Made by a program: the position numbers and the translations under genes. This document shows, one piece after another, positions 39,814 through 48,390 of a DNA stretch of 64,000 bases. The DNA is from Oscillospiraceae bacterium (GTDB taxonomy: Bacteria; Bacillota; Clostridia; Oscillospirales; SIG627). The stretch is taken from assembly GCA_015065265.1 (NCBI GenBank), contig SVQQ01000002.1:21582-85581 (forward strand), in the 5' to 3' direction. Position 1 is the stretch's first letter. Every line of letters starts with the position of its first letter. The notes beneath the pieces were generated by a model. It was not told where the DNA came from, did not search any database, and was given only the letters and a program-made list of their open reading frames with translations.

Positions 39814-40266
39814 ATGCAACTGTTTCTTAGTATATTGCTTCTCGTAATGTCAATTTTCCTTGTTATCGCAGTTCTTATGCAGAACGGCAAGTCCAAGAGA
39901 CTTTCAGGGTCAATTGCAGGTGGAGCAGAAACATTTTTTGGAAAATCCAAATCAAAAACTATTGATGCGGTTCTTTCAAAAATCACAACTGTTGTAGCAA
40001 TTCTTTTCGTTCTTGTTGTTATTATTGTTTACGTGGCTTTTGGTTCTTCTTATGAACTTCCCGATTTCACAAACAATAACACAGGCATCACAGATACAAC
40101 CGACGACACTGATAAAGACGAAGATATCAGTAACGTTCTTGACAAAGATGCAGATAAAACAGAAACAACTGAAAACACAGATACAACAGATGACAACGTG
40201 ACTGATAACACTGATAGTGCTGACAACACAGATACTACAGATAACACAGACACCGACGAGAAATAA
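39814..40266 (+). CDS. secG: preprotein translocase SecG with long acidic T/D/N-rich C-terminal tail
   Basis: MQLFLSILLLVMSIFLVIAVLMQNGKSKRLSGSIAGG...second TM. ATG lies 9 nt after AAAGGAGG. The last 75 or so aa are low-complexity (TDTTDDTDKDED...DNTDTTDNTDTDEK). Confidence 0.78.
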   Translation: MQLFLSILLLVMSIFLVIAVLMQNGKSKRLSGSIAGGAETFFGKSKSKTIDAVLSKITTVVAILFVLVVIIVYVAFGSSYELPDFTNNNTGITDTTDDTDKDEDISNVLDKDADKTETTENTDTTDDNVTDNTDSADNTDTTDNTDTDEK

Positions 40267-40270
40267 ATTT

Positions 40271-40299
40271 AAAGGACTGTTCACAGAACAGTCCTTTTT
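40271..40299 (+). terminator. rho-independent terminator after secG
   Basis: AAAGGACTGTTC-aca-GAACAGTCCTTTTT. Confidence 0.75.
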
Positions 40300-40323
40300 A
40301 TATTATTTTTTTCAAAAAAGCCC

Positions 40324-40352
40324 TTGACAAATCTGTCAAGTCATAGTACAAT
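40324..40352 (+). promoter_or_regulatory. sigma-A-type promoter for tRNA-Ser(UGA)
   Basis: TTGACA, 17 nt, TACAAT. Confidence 0.5.
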
Positions 40353-40403
40353 AATAAAGCTGTGCAAAAGCACATAGCATATGCAATTTAATATTAACGA
40401 TAC

Positions 40404-40492
40404 GGAGGGGTATCGAAGTGGTCATAACGAGGCGGTCTTGAAAACCGTTTGGGTGCAAGCCCACAAGGGTTCGAATCCCTTCCCCTCCGCCA
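40404..40492 (+). tRNA. tRNA-Ser (anticodon UGA), class II, CCA encoded
   Basis: GGAGGGG acceptor, anticodon stem-loop GCGGT-CT-TGA-AA-ACCGT, long variable arm TGGGTGCAAGCCCACAA, T-arm AGGGTTCGAATCCCT, CCCCTCC-G-CCA. Confidence 0.9.
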
Positions 40493-40500
40493 TAAAAATT

Positions 40501-40537
40501 AGAACTTTTGTCTACCAAGACAGAAGTTCTTTTTTTG
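40501..40537 (+). terminator. rho-independent terminator after tRNA-Ser(UGA)
   Basis: AGAACTTTTGTC-tacca-aGACAGAAGTTCT followed by T7. Confidence 0.8.
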
Positions 40538-40573
40538 CGTATTTCAGATAAAAATGCGGTAAAATAACAAATA

Positions 40574-40614
40574 AATAGCGCCGGAGATGGTAAACAACTA
40601 TCTTCGGCGCTATT
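40574..40614 (-). terminator. terminator hairpin downstream of the nuclease gene
   Basis: AATAGCGCCGGAGAT...ATCTTCGGCGCTATT (15-bp stem with one G-U). T-rich tract on the minus strand. Confidence 0.55.
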
Positions 40615-40704
40615 TTCATATAAAAATTCAATAGTTAATTTGGTGCTGGTTTGCTTTGTAAAGTCATACCAAATAATATGAGGCGGGCGGAACTGAACGT
40701 CAAA

Positions 40705-41775
40705 TTAAGGATGACAACGACCACAGGGTGAATAACCAAGTGATATAACATAGTCACGCGTTCCAGTTAGATACGCTTTATTTTTTTCCTTCATATCGTC
40801 AACACTGCTGCACGATGGATAATGAAATTTTTTCGTGTTCTTATTTCCGACATAGTCGCAGGACTGACTGGTGGCAGGTGTTTCGGTAGAAGGTTTGGTT
40901 GTGGGACTTGTGTCAGAGGAGCCATACGGAGCAGAACCGTCCTTGGCGTAGTTATCGCCCGTCGCGTGGTCAATTACTATACCAGGCTGTTCATTGTAGC
41001 AGAATACATTGAAACAAACCCCTTTGCCGTTATCCTCAACGGACAGAGCTTCGATGAGAACACCAGTCGCTAACAGATTGTTTCCTTCAAAAACAGGTGT
41101 TACTCGGTAAAGCACATGGTTACTTGTGCGCTCAACGTATTCGGCAACATCATTTTCAAAAGGTAGCATACCCTGCACATTGAGCTCTCGTGTACCGGTG
41201 ATTAGGTTAGCTGTGTTTGCATTTTCACCAGTGAGCTGGTAGCCGATAAGGTGGCAGCGGTTATAAAGATAACGGCCGTCGATAAATTCATAACGAATGG
41301 TATGCCAGCCAGAAGGCTTAACAGAACCGATGGAGCCGCGTTCTTCTGTCGGCATTATATCTTTGCCAACGCAGGCAAAAGCAACACCACAGCGTCCCAG
41401 TCTATCTAATGAACTGTATTTTTCAAAGGACGTGGTTGTTTTGTCACTTTCGGAAAAATACGGAATGTTACCGTTGATGGTTACATACGCTCTGCCGTTA
41501 TAAGCAGGCACACTGCTAATATCAAAGGAAGCACTTTGTGTTCCTGTTGTAGCAGGCGGCGTTTCGCTGACAGGTTGTTCAGTAGAGGAGGCATCATCCT
41601 CCACCCCAGCGTCTGGCGCAGGAGTATTTGATGCAGCAGTTTCAGTTAAATTAGTTTCAGTTGTTGGCAGCGACCCAATGCTGGTATCAACAGCGCTTCC
41701 GCAGGCTGATAAAATAGCAGCAATAAGCAACGCAACAACGATTGTGTAAAAGCGTCTTTTCATACATATCACCAT
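40705..41775 (-). CDS. secreted lipoprotein DNA/RNA non-specific endonuclease (EndA/NucA-like) with C-terminal Ada-like Cys4 metal-binding module
   Basis: Lipobox LSAC. Low-complexity linker. The nuclease core NRCHLIGYQLTGENANTANLITGTRELN is an analogue of the DRGH-type beta-beta-alpha-Me motif. C-terminus is KKFHYPSCSS...GYSPCGRCHP. The start could be the internal MKRRFY. Confidence 0.78.
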   Translation of the reverse strand: MVICMKRRFYTIVVALLIAAILSACGSAVDTSIGSLPTTETNLTETAASNTPAPDAGVEDDASSTEQPVSETPPATTGTQSASFDISSVPAYNGRAYVTINGNIPYFSESDKTTTSFEKYSSLDRLGRCGVAFACVGKDIMPTEERGSIGSVKPSGWHTIRYEFIDGRYLYNRCHLIGYQLTGENANTANLITGTRELNVQGMLPFENDVAEYVERTSNHVLYRVTPVFEGNNLLATGVLIEALSVEDNGKGVCFNVFCYNEQPGIVIDHATGDNYAKDGSAPYGSSDTSPTTKPSTETPATSQSCDYVGNKNTKKFHYPSCSSVDDMKEKNKAYLTGTRDYVISLGYSPCGRCHP

Positions 41776-41890
41776 TTCTTTATATAGTTATCACCATATA
41801 TTATACCATTAATTATTACAGAAAACAACTATTTCGTCCTAAAAGTTTACAAACTTAACGAAAGAGGAACGAAAAAGTGCGCCTTTCCCC

Positions 41891-41919
41891 TTTACAAATT
41901 ACAAAATTCGTGATATAAT
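41891..41919 (+). promoter_or_regulatory. sigma-A-type promoter of the WYL regulator/RM operon
   Basis: TTTACA, 17 nt, TGATATAAT. Confidence 0.5.
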
Positions 41920-41965
41920 AAATACTGTATATCTAAAAATAGGTAACTATTGTTGGAGGCGCGAT

Positions 41966-42949
41966 ATGGAGGAACAGAACGTTAAAAAAATTAAGCTATT
42001 AAAGCTTGTGGAAATATTGCGCGCGGAGACAGATGAACAGAATCCTATGTTAGCAACGGATGTGTGTAAACGTCTCGCGAACAACGGCATAATTGTTCAC
42101 AGGAGAGTTCTTACTCGTGACATTGATATTTTGAACGAGTTTGGATATGAAATTATGTCGACATTGATAGGACACGAAAGGGCATATTACGTTATAGATA
42201 GGAGTTTCAGTGTTCCAGAACTGAAAATACTTATTGACGCGGTGCAGGCAGCAACATTCATAACAGAAAAAAAGACACCAGAACTCGTCGAAAAAATTGC
42301 TGCACTCGGAGGATCACACAGAGCAGAAATAATGCAAGAAAATATTGTGTGTTTTAACACCAGGAAGCACAGCAACGAATCAATTTATTATAACGTTGAT
42401 TGCTTGGAGAACGCAATACAGAATAACAAGAGGGTAATCTTCCTGTATTACGACTTGGACGAACATGGCGAAAAAGTGTATAGGCGTGATGGACACCATT
42501 ACGTAGTGGAGCCAATAGCGCTGGTGTTTAACGACGACAATTATTATCTCTCCTGCTACAGTGCAAAGCATGATGGGACAGCGAACTATCGCGTTGACAG
42601 AATGACAGCAGTAGAGAGCATTGACGAAGAAATCAGTGAAAAGGCGCAGGAGCTTCGTGGTGAGATGGGCTGTTATACCGAGCAGGTATTCAGAATGTAC
42701 GGCGGAGATATAGAAAATGTCACATTGGAACTTGACGATAAGCTCATCGGTGTTATTTACGATAAATTTGGCGAAGAAACAAAGATAATACGTACAGGTG
42801 AAACAACCGTTGCAGCCAGCGTAAAAGTGCAGATAAGCCCGACGTTCTTTGGATGGTTATTCCAGTTTGGAAATCAGATGAAAGTGCTCTCGCCGAGCAG
42901 CGTGGCAAATGATTATAAGAAGCAGGCAAAGGCTGTGCTAACAGAGTGA
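41966..42949 (+). CDS. WYL-domain transcriptional regulator (BrxR/CapW-like: wHTH + WYL + WCX)
   Basis: N-terminal wHTH (KLLKLVEILRAE...TDVCKRL). WYL core RVIFLYYDLDEHGEKVYRRDGHHYVVEPIALVFNDDNYYLSCYSAKHDGTANYRVDRM. C-terminal WCX-like LFQFGNQMKVLSPSS. Confidence 0.85.
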   Translation: MEEQNVKKIKLLKLVEILRAETDEQNPMLATDVCKRLANNGIIVHRRVLTRDIDILNEFGYEIMSTLIGHERAYYVIDRSFSVPELKILIDAVQAATFITEKKTPELVEKIAALGGSHRAEIMQENIVCFNTRKHSNESIYYNVDCLENAIQNNKRVIFLYYDLDEHGEKVYRRDGHHYVVEPIALVFNDDNYYLSCYSAKHDGTANYRVDRMTAVESIDEEISEKAQELRGEMGCYTEQVFRMYGGDIENVTLELDDKLIGVIYDKFGEETKIIRTGETTVAASVKVQISPTFFGWLFQFGNQMKVLSPSSVANDYKKQAKAVLTE

Positions 42950-42962
42950 TAGGAGGATAAAT

Positions 42963-44912
42963 ATGGCTAATTTATCAAAAGAACGCCGCGACCGCATGAT
43001 TGCAAAGCTGGAGGAGCTGAAGTTGCAGCATAACGATGATGCGTCGATTGCAGCACTCAATGAGATTGAAAATGCGTTGCGTGAAAAGAAATATGGTTTG
43101 GTCTGGGAGCAGCACTCCGAGGCCGTTGACGATATGTTAAAAGAAAATATTCCCGTACTCATAGCAGACCCCGAAAGACGCCTCTGCAAGGATGAGAATT
43201 TACCGTGGAATTTCATTATTGAAGGAGATAATCTGCAGGCGCTGTATCTTTTGGAAAAGACACACCGAGGTCGTGTAGACTGCATATACATAGACCCGCC
43301 CTACAACACAGGAGCGCGCGATTGGAAATATAACAACGACTATGTAGACGGTAACGATGAATACCGTCACAGCAAATGGCTATCAATGATGAGGAGCCGT
43401 CTTGTTGTAGCAAAAAGATTGCTCAATCCAAAAGATTCAGTACTCATCGTAACTATTGATGAAAAAGAATATTTGCACCTCGGCTGTTTGCTTGAAGAAA
43501 TGTTCCCCGAAGCAAATATACAGATGATTAGCAGCGCTATTAAACCGTCTGGTTCTACAAGAGAAACACAGTTTTCAAGGGTTGACGAATACATTTATTT
43601 TGTTATGTTAGGCCAGGCATACCCAGAAGACGGATATGTTGATATGCTATATGATGATGCTGAAAATGTTGAAGTCGCTTCAGTTACGTGGCAAGGGTTA
43701 CGCAGACGTGGTAGCGCAGGATGGAAAAGAGAAAATAGTCCAGGCGGATTCTATCCGATTTACATTAGCGTAACGACGGGAAAACTACATTCTGTTGGTG
43801 ACGCGATTCCGCTGGGAGTTGATAGAAACACGGTCATTGCACCAGAGGGAACTTTTTGCGCATGGCCTCTCGACCCTCAGGGTAATGAAGGAAGATGGCA
43901 AGTTAAGCCAGAGCGTTTGAGAGAACAGCTTGAAGAAGGCACAGCATTTCTTAGTAAGTATGATATTGAAAAACAAACCTGTTCCATAAAATATTTAAAA
44001 GATGGTGACAGAAATAGAGTTCTTGGCGGTGAGTTTGATACTAACGGGAGAGATTCGGAAACAGGCGCCTTAATTGTCGTTCCTAAACGTTTGAAAAATA
44101 GACGTCCAAAATCGATGTGGCTTATGAAGACACATGATGCAAGTGCCTATGGTACAGCTCTTTTATCGAAATTTATAGGCGTACAAAAATTTTCATTTCC
44201 CAAGTCTCTTTATGCAGTACAGGATACAATAAGATTTTTTGTATCAAAAAAACCCGAAGCAATTATCGTTGACTTTTTTGCTGGAAGTGGCACAACTCTG
44301 CACGCAGTTAATTTGCTTAACGCAGAAGACGGAGGCAGCCGACGTTGTATAATGGTTACAAACAATGAGGTCAGCGAGACTGAGCAAAAAGAGTTTGAGG
44401 CTCGCGGTGTTAAAAAAGGAGACGCAGAATGGGAAGAACGCGGCATTGCAAAATACGTAACCTGGCCACGTACAGTTTGTAGCATCAATGGTGTTGATGT
44501 AAACGGGGCGTCTATAAATGGCGAATATTTTACAACAGATAGCGAAGGGCTGCCTATTCAAATGTCAGATGGTTTCAAGGCAAATGTAAAATACTTCAAA
44601 TGCGACTGGACGCCGAGAAAGCCGGAAGACTACCTTCTCAGTAATGCGCTATGCTTGCACGTGAAGGAATTGATTGAACTGCAAACGGCTCGCGAAGTTG
44701 ACGGAGTAAAGCAAGTTCTTATTCTTAGCAAGAGTGATTATAAGCGTGTTTTTGAAAATCCGGAAGCAGCGGCATCTGCGGAAAATGTCTGGGTGAATGA
44801 AAACCTTGTATTCAGTTCTGCTGAAATGAGCATTCTGCGAGAAAAGAATTTCCGATATATTCCGCGTGAATATTTTAGCCAGGAATTAAAGGAGGTTGGC
44901 GAATATGTTTAA
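42963..44912 (+). CDS. Type III-like DNA methyltransferase (Mod), beta-class amino-MTase
   Basis: Motif IV IYIDPPYNTGA (about nt 43281-43313) precedes motif I IIVDFFAGSGTTLHAV (about nt 44262-44306), with a variable TRD-sized region between. 8-nt overlap with the res-like gene. Confidence 0.85.
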   Translation: MANLSKERRDRMIAKLEELKLQHNDDASIAALNEIENALREKKYGLVWEQHSEAVDDMLKENIPVLIADPERRLCKDENLPWNFIIEGDNLQALYLLEKTHRGRVDCIYIDPPYNTGARDWKYNNDYVDGNDEYRHSKWLSMMRSRLVVAKRLLNPKDSVLIVTIDEKEYLHLGCLLEEMFPEANIQMISSAIKPSGSTRETQFSRVDEYIYFVMLGQAYPEDGYVDMLYDDAENVEVASVTWQGLRRRGSAGWKRENSPGGFYPIYISVTTGKLHSVGDAIPLGVDRNTVIAPEGTFCAWPLDPQGNEGRWQVKPERLREQLEEGTAFLSKYDIEKQTCSIKYLKDGDRNRVLGGEFDTNGRDSETGALIVVPKRLKNRRPKSMWLMKTHDASAYGTALLSKFIGVQKFSFPKSLYAVQDTIRFFVSKKPEAIIVDFFAGSGTTLHAVNLLNAEDGGSRRCIMVTNNEVSETEQKEFEARGVKKGDAEWEERGIAKYVTWPRTVCSINGVDVNGASINGEYFTTDSEGLPIQMSDGFKANVKYFKCDWTPRKPEDYLLSNALCLHVKELIELQTAREVDGVKQVLILSKSDYKRVFENPEAAASAENVWVNENLVFSSAEMSILREKNFRYIPREYFSQELKEVGEYV

Positions 44913-47181
44913 TGGTACACTTCTTCCATTTCAGGAGAAACACGAAATAAATCTTTTAAAAGCGTGTGCCGAACACAAGCGGCTTGTGCTGCAGGCGCCG
45001 ACTGGCTCGGGAAAAACCGTCCTTGTAACAAAATTTATAGACGATTATCTTGACACAAATCCAGACACTGTGTTCCTTTGGCTGTGCCCAGGAGCAGGCA
45101 GTCTTCAGGATCAGTCGCGCAGTGTTTTTGAACGGTTGACTTCCGGCATTAACGCCGGAGATATATACGATTTTATTGCAGAATATTCCCCTGCGGGTGG
45201 CGTTTACTTTGTCAACTGGGATAAAATTAATAAGTCTACAAACGTTGTTCTGCGAGATGGTGAGGCTAAAAATCTTCTCGAGAAGGTTATAGAATGCAGA
45301 ATGAAGTTAATTGATTTTTTCATGATTGTTGACGAAGAACATCTAAATAAGAAAGCGGCAGAAATGTATGAGAGCATTTTTGACCCAGCACATATTCTTA
45401 GGATTTCCGCAACAACAAGATCGAAGGATGGACACATTGAAGTGGTCAGCGATGACGAAGTTATTACAGCAGGATTAATTGCTTCGGGTATTTCCATAAA
45501 TGAACATTTGACGGAGCACGCAGTTTATAATGATAATTATGTGGACGACCTGTTGCTTCTTCAAATGGCTGATGAAAAGCGCAAAGAAATCCAGGAAGAA
45601 TACGAAAAAAGAGGATTGAATATTAGACCGCTTGTTCTCGTTCAATTCCCGAATGGTAGTGAGGAATGGATTGCAAGAGTAAAAACAGAACTTGCAAACA
45701 TGGGTTACAGCGAGAAAAATGGGCTCGTTACATCTTGGTTTAGTGGTGATCACCCAGAGCAGCCCGAAGAAATAACCAAACTTAATGGTAAATATGCCTT
45801 CCTCCTTTTCAAGCAGGCAATCGCTACAGGGTGGGACTGCCCTCGTGCAAAAATTCTTGTTAAGTTGCGCGAAGGTACCTCGGAGGCATTTGATATTCAA
45901 ACAGTTGGAAGAATCCGTCGTATGCCGGAGCGATGCCATTATGAATCAGAGTTGCTTGACCACTGCTATGTTTATACGCTTGACCAGAAATTCAGTGAAG
46001 GACTTACATCAAGCATTACGGATTCGTTTTATTTGAGTCGCTTCATGAAGAAAGATAATGCGATGAATATGATTCTTGATCGCAAATATCTCGCAGAAAG
46101 CGACCGTCAGGCAGTTGATGAGGAGGCCGTTGTTAAGGCAGTAAGAGCAAAACTGTTGCTCGAGTGCGACCTTGACCAAAATGGATGCTTGAACAAACAT
46201 GAGTTGGCAACAACAAAAGGCTTCACTTTTGGACTGAAACTAAAAACGCGCGCAGTTGAAGGTTTTGCCAGAACAGCGCATGACTTGACTAAACTACAAG
46301 CAGTTTTCTGTGGAGAACATGAAATAAACATACACGATGACGGTTTTATAATTCGTGATGCTAAGAGAAAAATAGCGCAGGCAATCGGAATAGATGAAAA
46401 CATTTCAAGCAAAGCGCTTGCGATTTTGTTTGATGCATCCACGATGAAAATGCCGTTTGCGTACGACGGAACAATTTCCTTCTTCTCGGATGAGGAGATA
46501 GATTTGGATAAAAAGTACAAACTCATTAAAGACATGGGACACAGAGAGTATTGTGCATTTTTAGTAAACAACTGGGAAATTCTTGCGGATATGCTGCGTG
46601 ACATTGATAAAACAGGCATCGAACTTGTTGACACCAAGGTTATTGAATCACCGTGGAGCGTCCCGAAGATGCAGGACTACAAAAAGCACAACGGAAGCAG
46701 GCAGTGCAATATTCTCGAAAAGAATGTGTTCATTGGATACGGTGATGATATACTCGTTCAGCCAAACCGTTCTCAGCCGGAGATTTATTTCGAACAGTGG
46801 TGCGAAATGAACAATGCTGTGGAATGGGTGTATAAGAACGGCGACAAAGGACAAGATTTCTTCTCCATCGTTTATCGCGTAGCATTTAGAAGGTATAATT
46901 TTTACCCAGACTACATCATCAAAATGAAAAATGGTGATGTTTGGATTCTTGAAACAAAAGGTGGCGCAGCGCCAGACGGAACGTCGGCAAACATAGATAA
47001 TTATGCTGCTCAGAAATTTGATGCCTTACGAGAATACGGCGAACAGAACCCAAAAATAAAATGGGGATTTGTTCGTAATTTTGGCGTACAGCTTTACGTT
47101 TCAAATACAATTTGGGATGAAGATTTATTTAATCAGAACGTATGGAAACCCATTAAGGATGTAATCGGTTTCGAAGGTTAA
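44905..47181 (+). CDS. Type III-like restriction subunit (Res): SF2 helicase plus C-terminal PD-(D/E)xK nuclease
   Basis: LQAPTGSGKT (I), MIVDEEH (II), ISATT (III), QTVGRIRR (VI). C-terminal FYPDYIIKMKNGDVWILETKGG. ATG at 44905 follows AAGGAGG. Confidence 0.8.
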   Translation: MFNGTLLPFQEKHEINLLKACAEHKRLVLQAPTGSGKTVLVTKFIDDYLDTNPDTVFLWLCPGAGSLQDQSRSVFERLTSGINAGDIYDFIAEYSPAGGVYFVNWDKINKSTNVVLRDGEAKNLLEKVIECRMKLIDFFMIVDEEHLNKKAAEMYESIFDPAHILRISATTRSKDGHIEVVSDDEVITAGLIASGISINEHLTEHAVYNDNYVDDLLLLQMADEKRKEIQEEYEKRGLNIRPLVLVQFPNGSEEWIARVKTELANMGYSEKNGLVTSWFSGDHPEQPEEITKLNGKYAFLLFKQAIATGWDCPRAKILVKLREGTSEAFDIQTVGRIRRMPERCHYESELLDHCYVYTLDQKFSEGLTSSITDSFYLSRFMKKDNAMNMILDRKYLAESDRQAVDEEAVVKAVRAKLLLECDLDQNGCLNKHELATTKGFTFGLKLKTRAVEGFARTAHDLTKLQAVFCGEHEINIHDDGFIIRDAKRKIAQAIGIDENISSKALAILFDASTMKMPFAYDGTISFFSDEEIDLDKKYKLIKDMGHREYCAFLVNNWEILADMLRDIDKTGIELVDTKVIESPWSVPKMQDYKKHNGSRQCNILEKNVFIGYGDDILVQPNRSQPEIYFEQWCEMNNAVEWVYKNGDKGQDFFSIVYRVAFRRYNFYPDYIIKMKNGDVWILETKGGAAPDGTSANIDNYAAQKFDALREYGEQNPKIKWGFVRNFGVQLYVSNTIWDEDLFNQNVWKPIKDVIGFEG

Positions 47182-47206
47182 TCACTGACAATAAAATGAA
47201 CATACA

Positions 47207-47244
47207 AACAGCCTCGCCAACGAAAAAACCGGCGAGGCTGTTTT
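47207..47244. terminator. bidirectional terminator between res and the SLOG gene
   Basis: AAACAGCCTCGCC-aacgaaaaaacc-GGCGAGGCTGTTTT. Confidence 0.75.
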
Positions 47245-47260
47245 AGTATGAGATAAAAAC

Positions 47261-47686
47261 TTATTCAACAACGGAAATGATGCGCTTCTTCTTCCGCTTG
47301 GCATGTTTAAGAGTGGTAGCAGCGCCGCCCCAGTCATGGCTTACACCAGAAATAACAACATCGGCTTGTTCAACCATCCACTGATTACGCTTAGAAATAG
47401 CAAAGCGCGGTAGAGCGTCCTCAATTGGCGGATAAATACTTCCATCGTATAATTCTGTGTTGTATTCCCTGTTCAAATAAGGAATTATCAAGTAGGATTT
47501 AATTTCGGGATGCGCTGCTTTTGCATCGCGAACAGCGTGCGCGGCCATCGAGTCAAATTCACCATACCCACCACAGTAGAATTCAGTAGCCCCTTCTTCA
47601 ATTAAATCGTTAATATATTTTCGTAGAAGCACATCCACTTCCTTGCAATTTGACATGTGGCTGTGACCGCAGAAAGTAACAATCAT
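47261..47686 (-). CDS. SLOG-superfamily DUF1273/YpsA-like protein
   Basis: MIVTFCGHS...EFYCGGYGEFDSMAAHAV...YLIIPY pattern. ATG at 47684-47686 follows GAGGAGG. Confidence 0.7.
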   Translation of the reverse strand: MIVTFCGHSHMSNCKEVDVLLRKYINDLIEEGATEFYCGGYGEFDSMAAHAVRDAKAAHPEIKSYLIIPYLNREYNTELYDGSIYPPIEDALPRFAISKRNQWMVEQADVVISGVSHDWGGAATTLKHAKRKKKRIISVVE

Positions 47687-47716
47687 AAATGACTCCTCCT
47701 CGTACATACTATATTA

Positions 47717-47736
47717 TATCACCAAAACTTGTGATA
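47717..47736. promoter_or_regulatory. inverted repeat TATCAC-N8-GTGATA in the divergent SLOG/XRE intergenic region (candidate operator)
   Basis: tataTCACcaaaacttGTGAtac read directly. A further TATCAC lies at about 47764. Confidence 0.35.
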
Positions 47737-47810
47737 CGACTTCCACCTCTTCGGTCTAACACTATCACCAAGAATGGAGATATAATATAGTATAGAAATG
47801 AGGTGGTTTT

Positions 47811-48116
47811 GTGAAAATAATAGATAGGTTAAAAGATTTACAACAGCGTCATGGCTGGTCAGATTACAAAATCGCCAAGGAAGCAGGCTTATCCCCTAAC
47901 ACCGTATCGAATATTTATCGCAGAGGCAACACTCCGAGCATGGTAACGCTGGAGGCATTGTGCAAAGCGTTTGGTATAACAATGGCACAGTTTTTTGCAG
48001 AAGGTGAAATGATAGAAATAACACCAGAACTGCGTATGCTTTTTGATAAATGGTCGACACTAACCGAGGAACAGAAAGCAGCGCTTTGGCAAATACTTAA
48101 AACCTACGAAAACTAA
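47811..48116 (+). CDS. XRE-family HTH transcriptional regulator
   Basis: GWSDYKIAKEAGLSPNTVSNIYRRGNTPSMVTLEALCKAFGI is a classic Cro/C1-type HTH. GTG start after GAGGTGG. Confidence 0.8.
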   Translation: MKIIDRLKDLQQRHGWSDYKIAKEAGLSPNTVSNIYRRGNTPSMVTLEALCKAFGITMAQFFAEGEMIEITPELRMLFDKWSTLTEEQKAALWQILKTYEN

Positions 48117-48125
48117 AAAACGTTT

Positions 48126-48154
48126 AATAAGGGCAGCAGGCCCTTATTTTTTTT
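48126..48154 (+). terminator. rho-independent terminator
   Basis: AATAAGGGC-agcag-GCCCTTATT followed by T-run. Confidence 0.8.
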
Positions 48155-48311
48155 ACGTCAAATAGCGCAACAAATGGTGATAAGAACGTAACAATTATAA
48201 CATAAAACAGTGAATTATACAATAGAAACCAAAAAAACATTAAGTTACGGACACAAGGGGAACGATTTCGTGCGCCTTTCCCTCTGAGAGTAAAAACATG
48301 GCTCAATCATA

Positions 48312-48340
48312 TTGACAGAAATAAAAACCGATGCTATAAT
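48312..48340 (+). promoter_or_regulatory. sigma-A-type promoter of the LexA-like repressor gene
   Basis: TTGACA, 17 nt, TGCTATAAT. Confidence 0.55.
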
Positions 48341-48349
48341 ATAAACAAG

Positions 48350-48371
48350 AAGTGAGACAAATATCTCACTT
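48350..48371. promoter_or_regulatory. perfect 8-bp-arm palindrome just downstream of the -10 (candidate operator)
   Basis: AAGTGAGA-caaata-TCTCACTT. Confidence 0.4.
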
Positions 48372-48390
48372 TAACGAAGGAGGCACTTTT

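Noticed and set aside
48124-48306. A 60-aa minus-strand ORF lies between the XRE and LexA-like genes.
   Set aside because: It covers a terminator and promoter DNA, has no SD, and gives a hydrophobic low-complexity translation.
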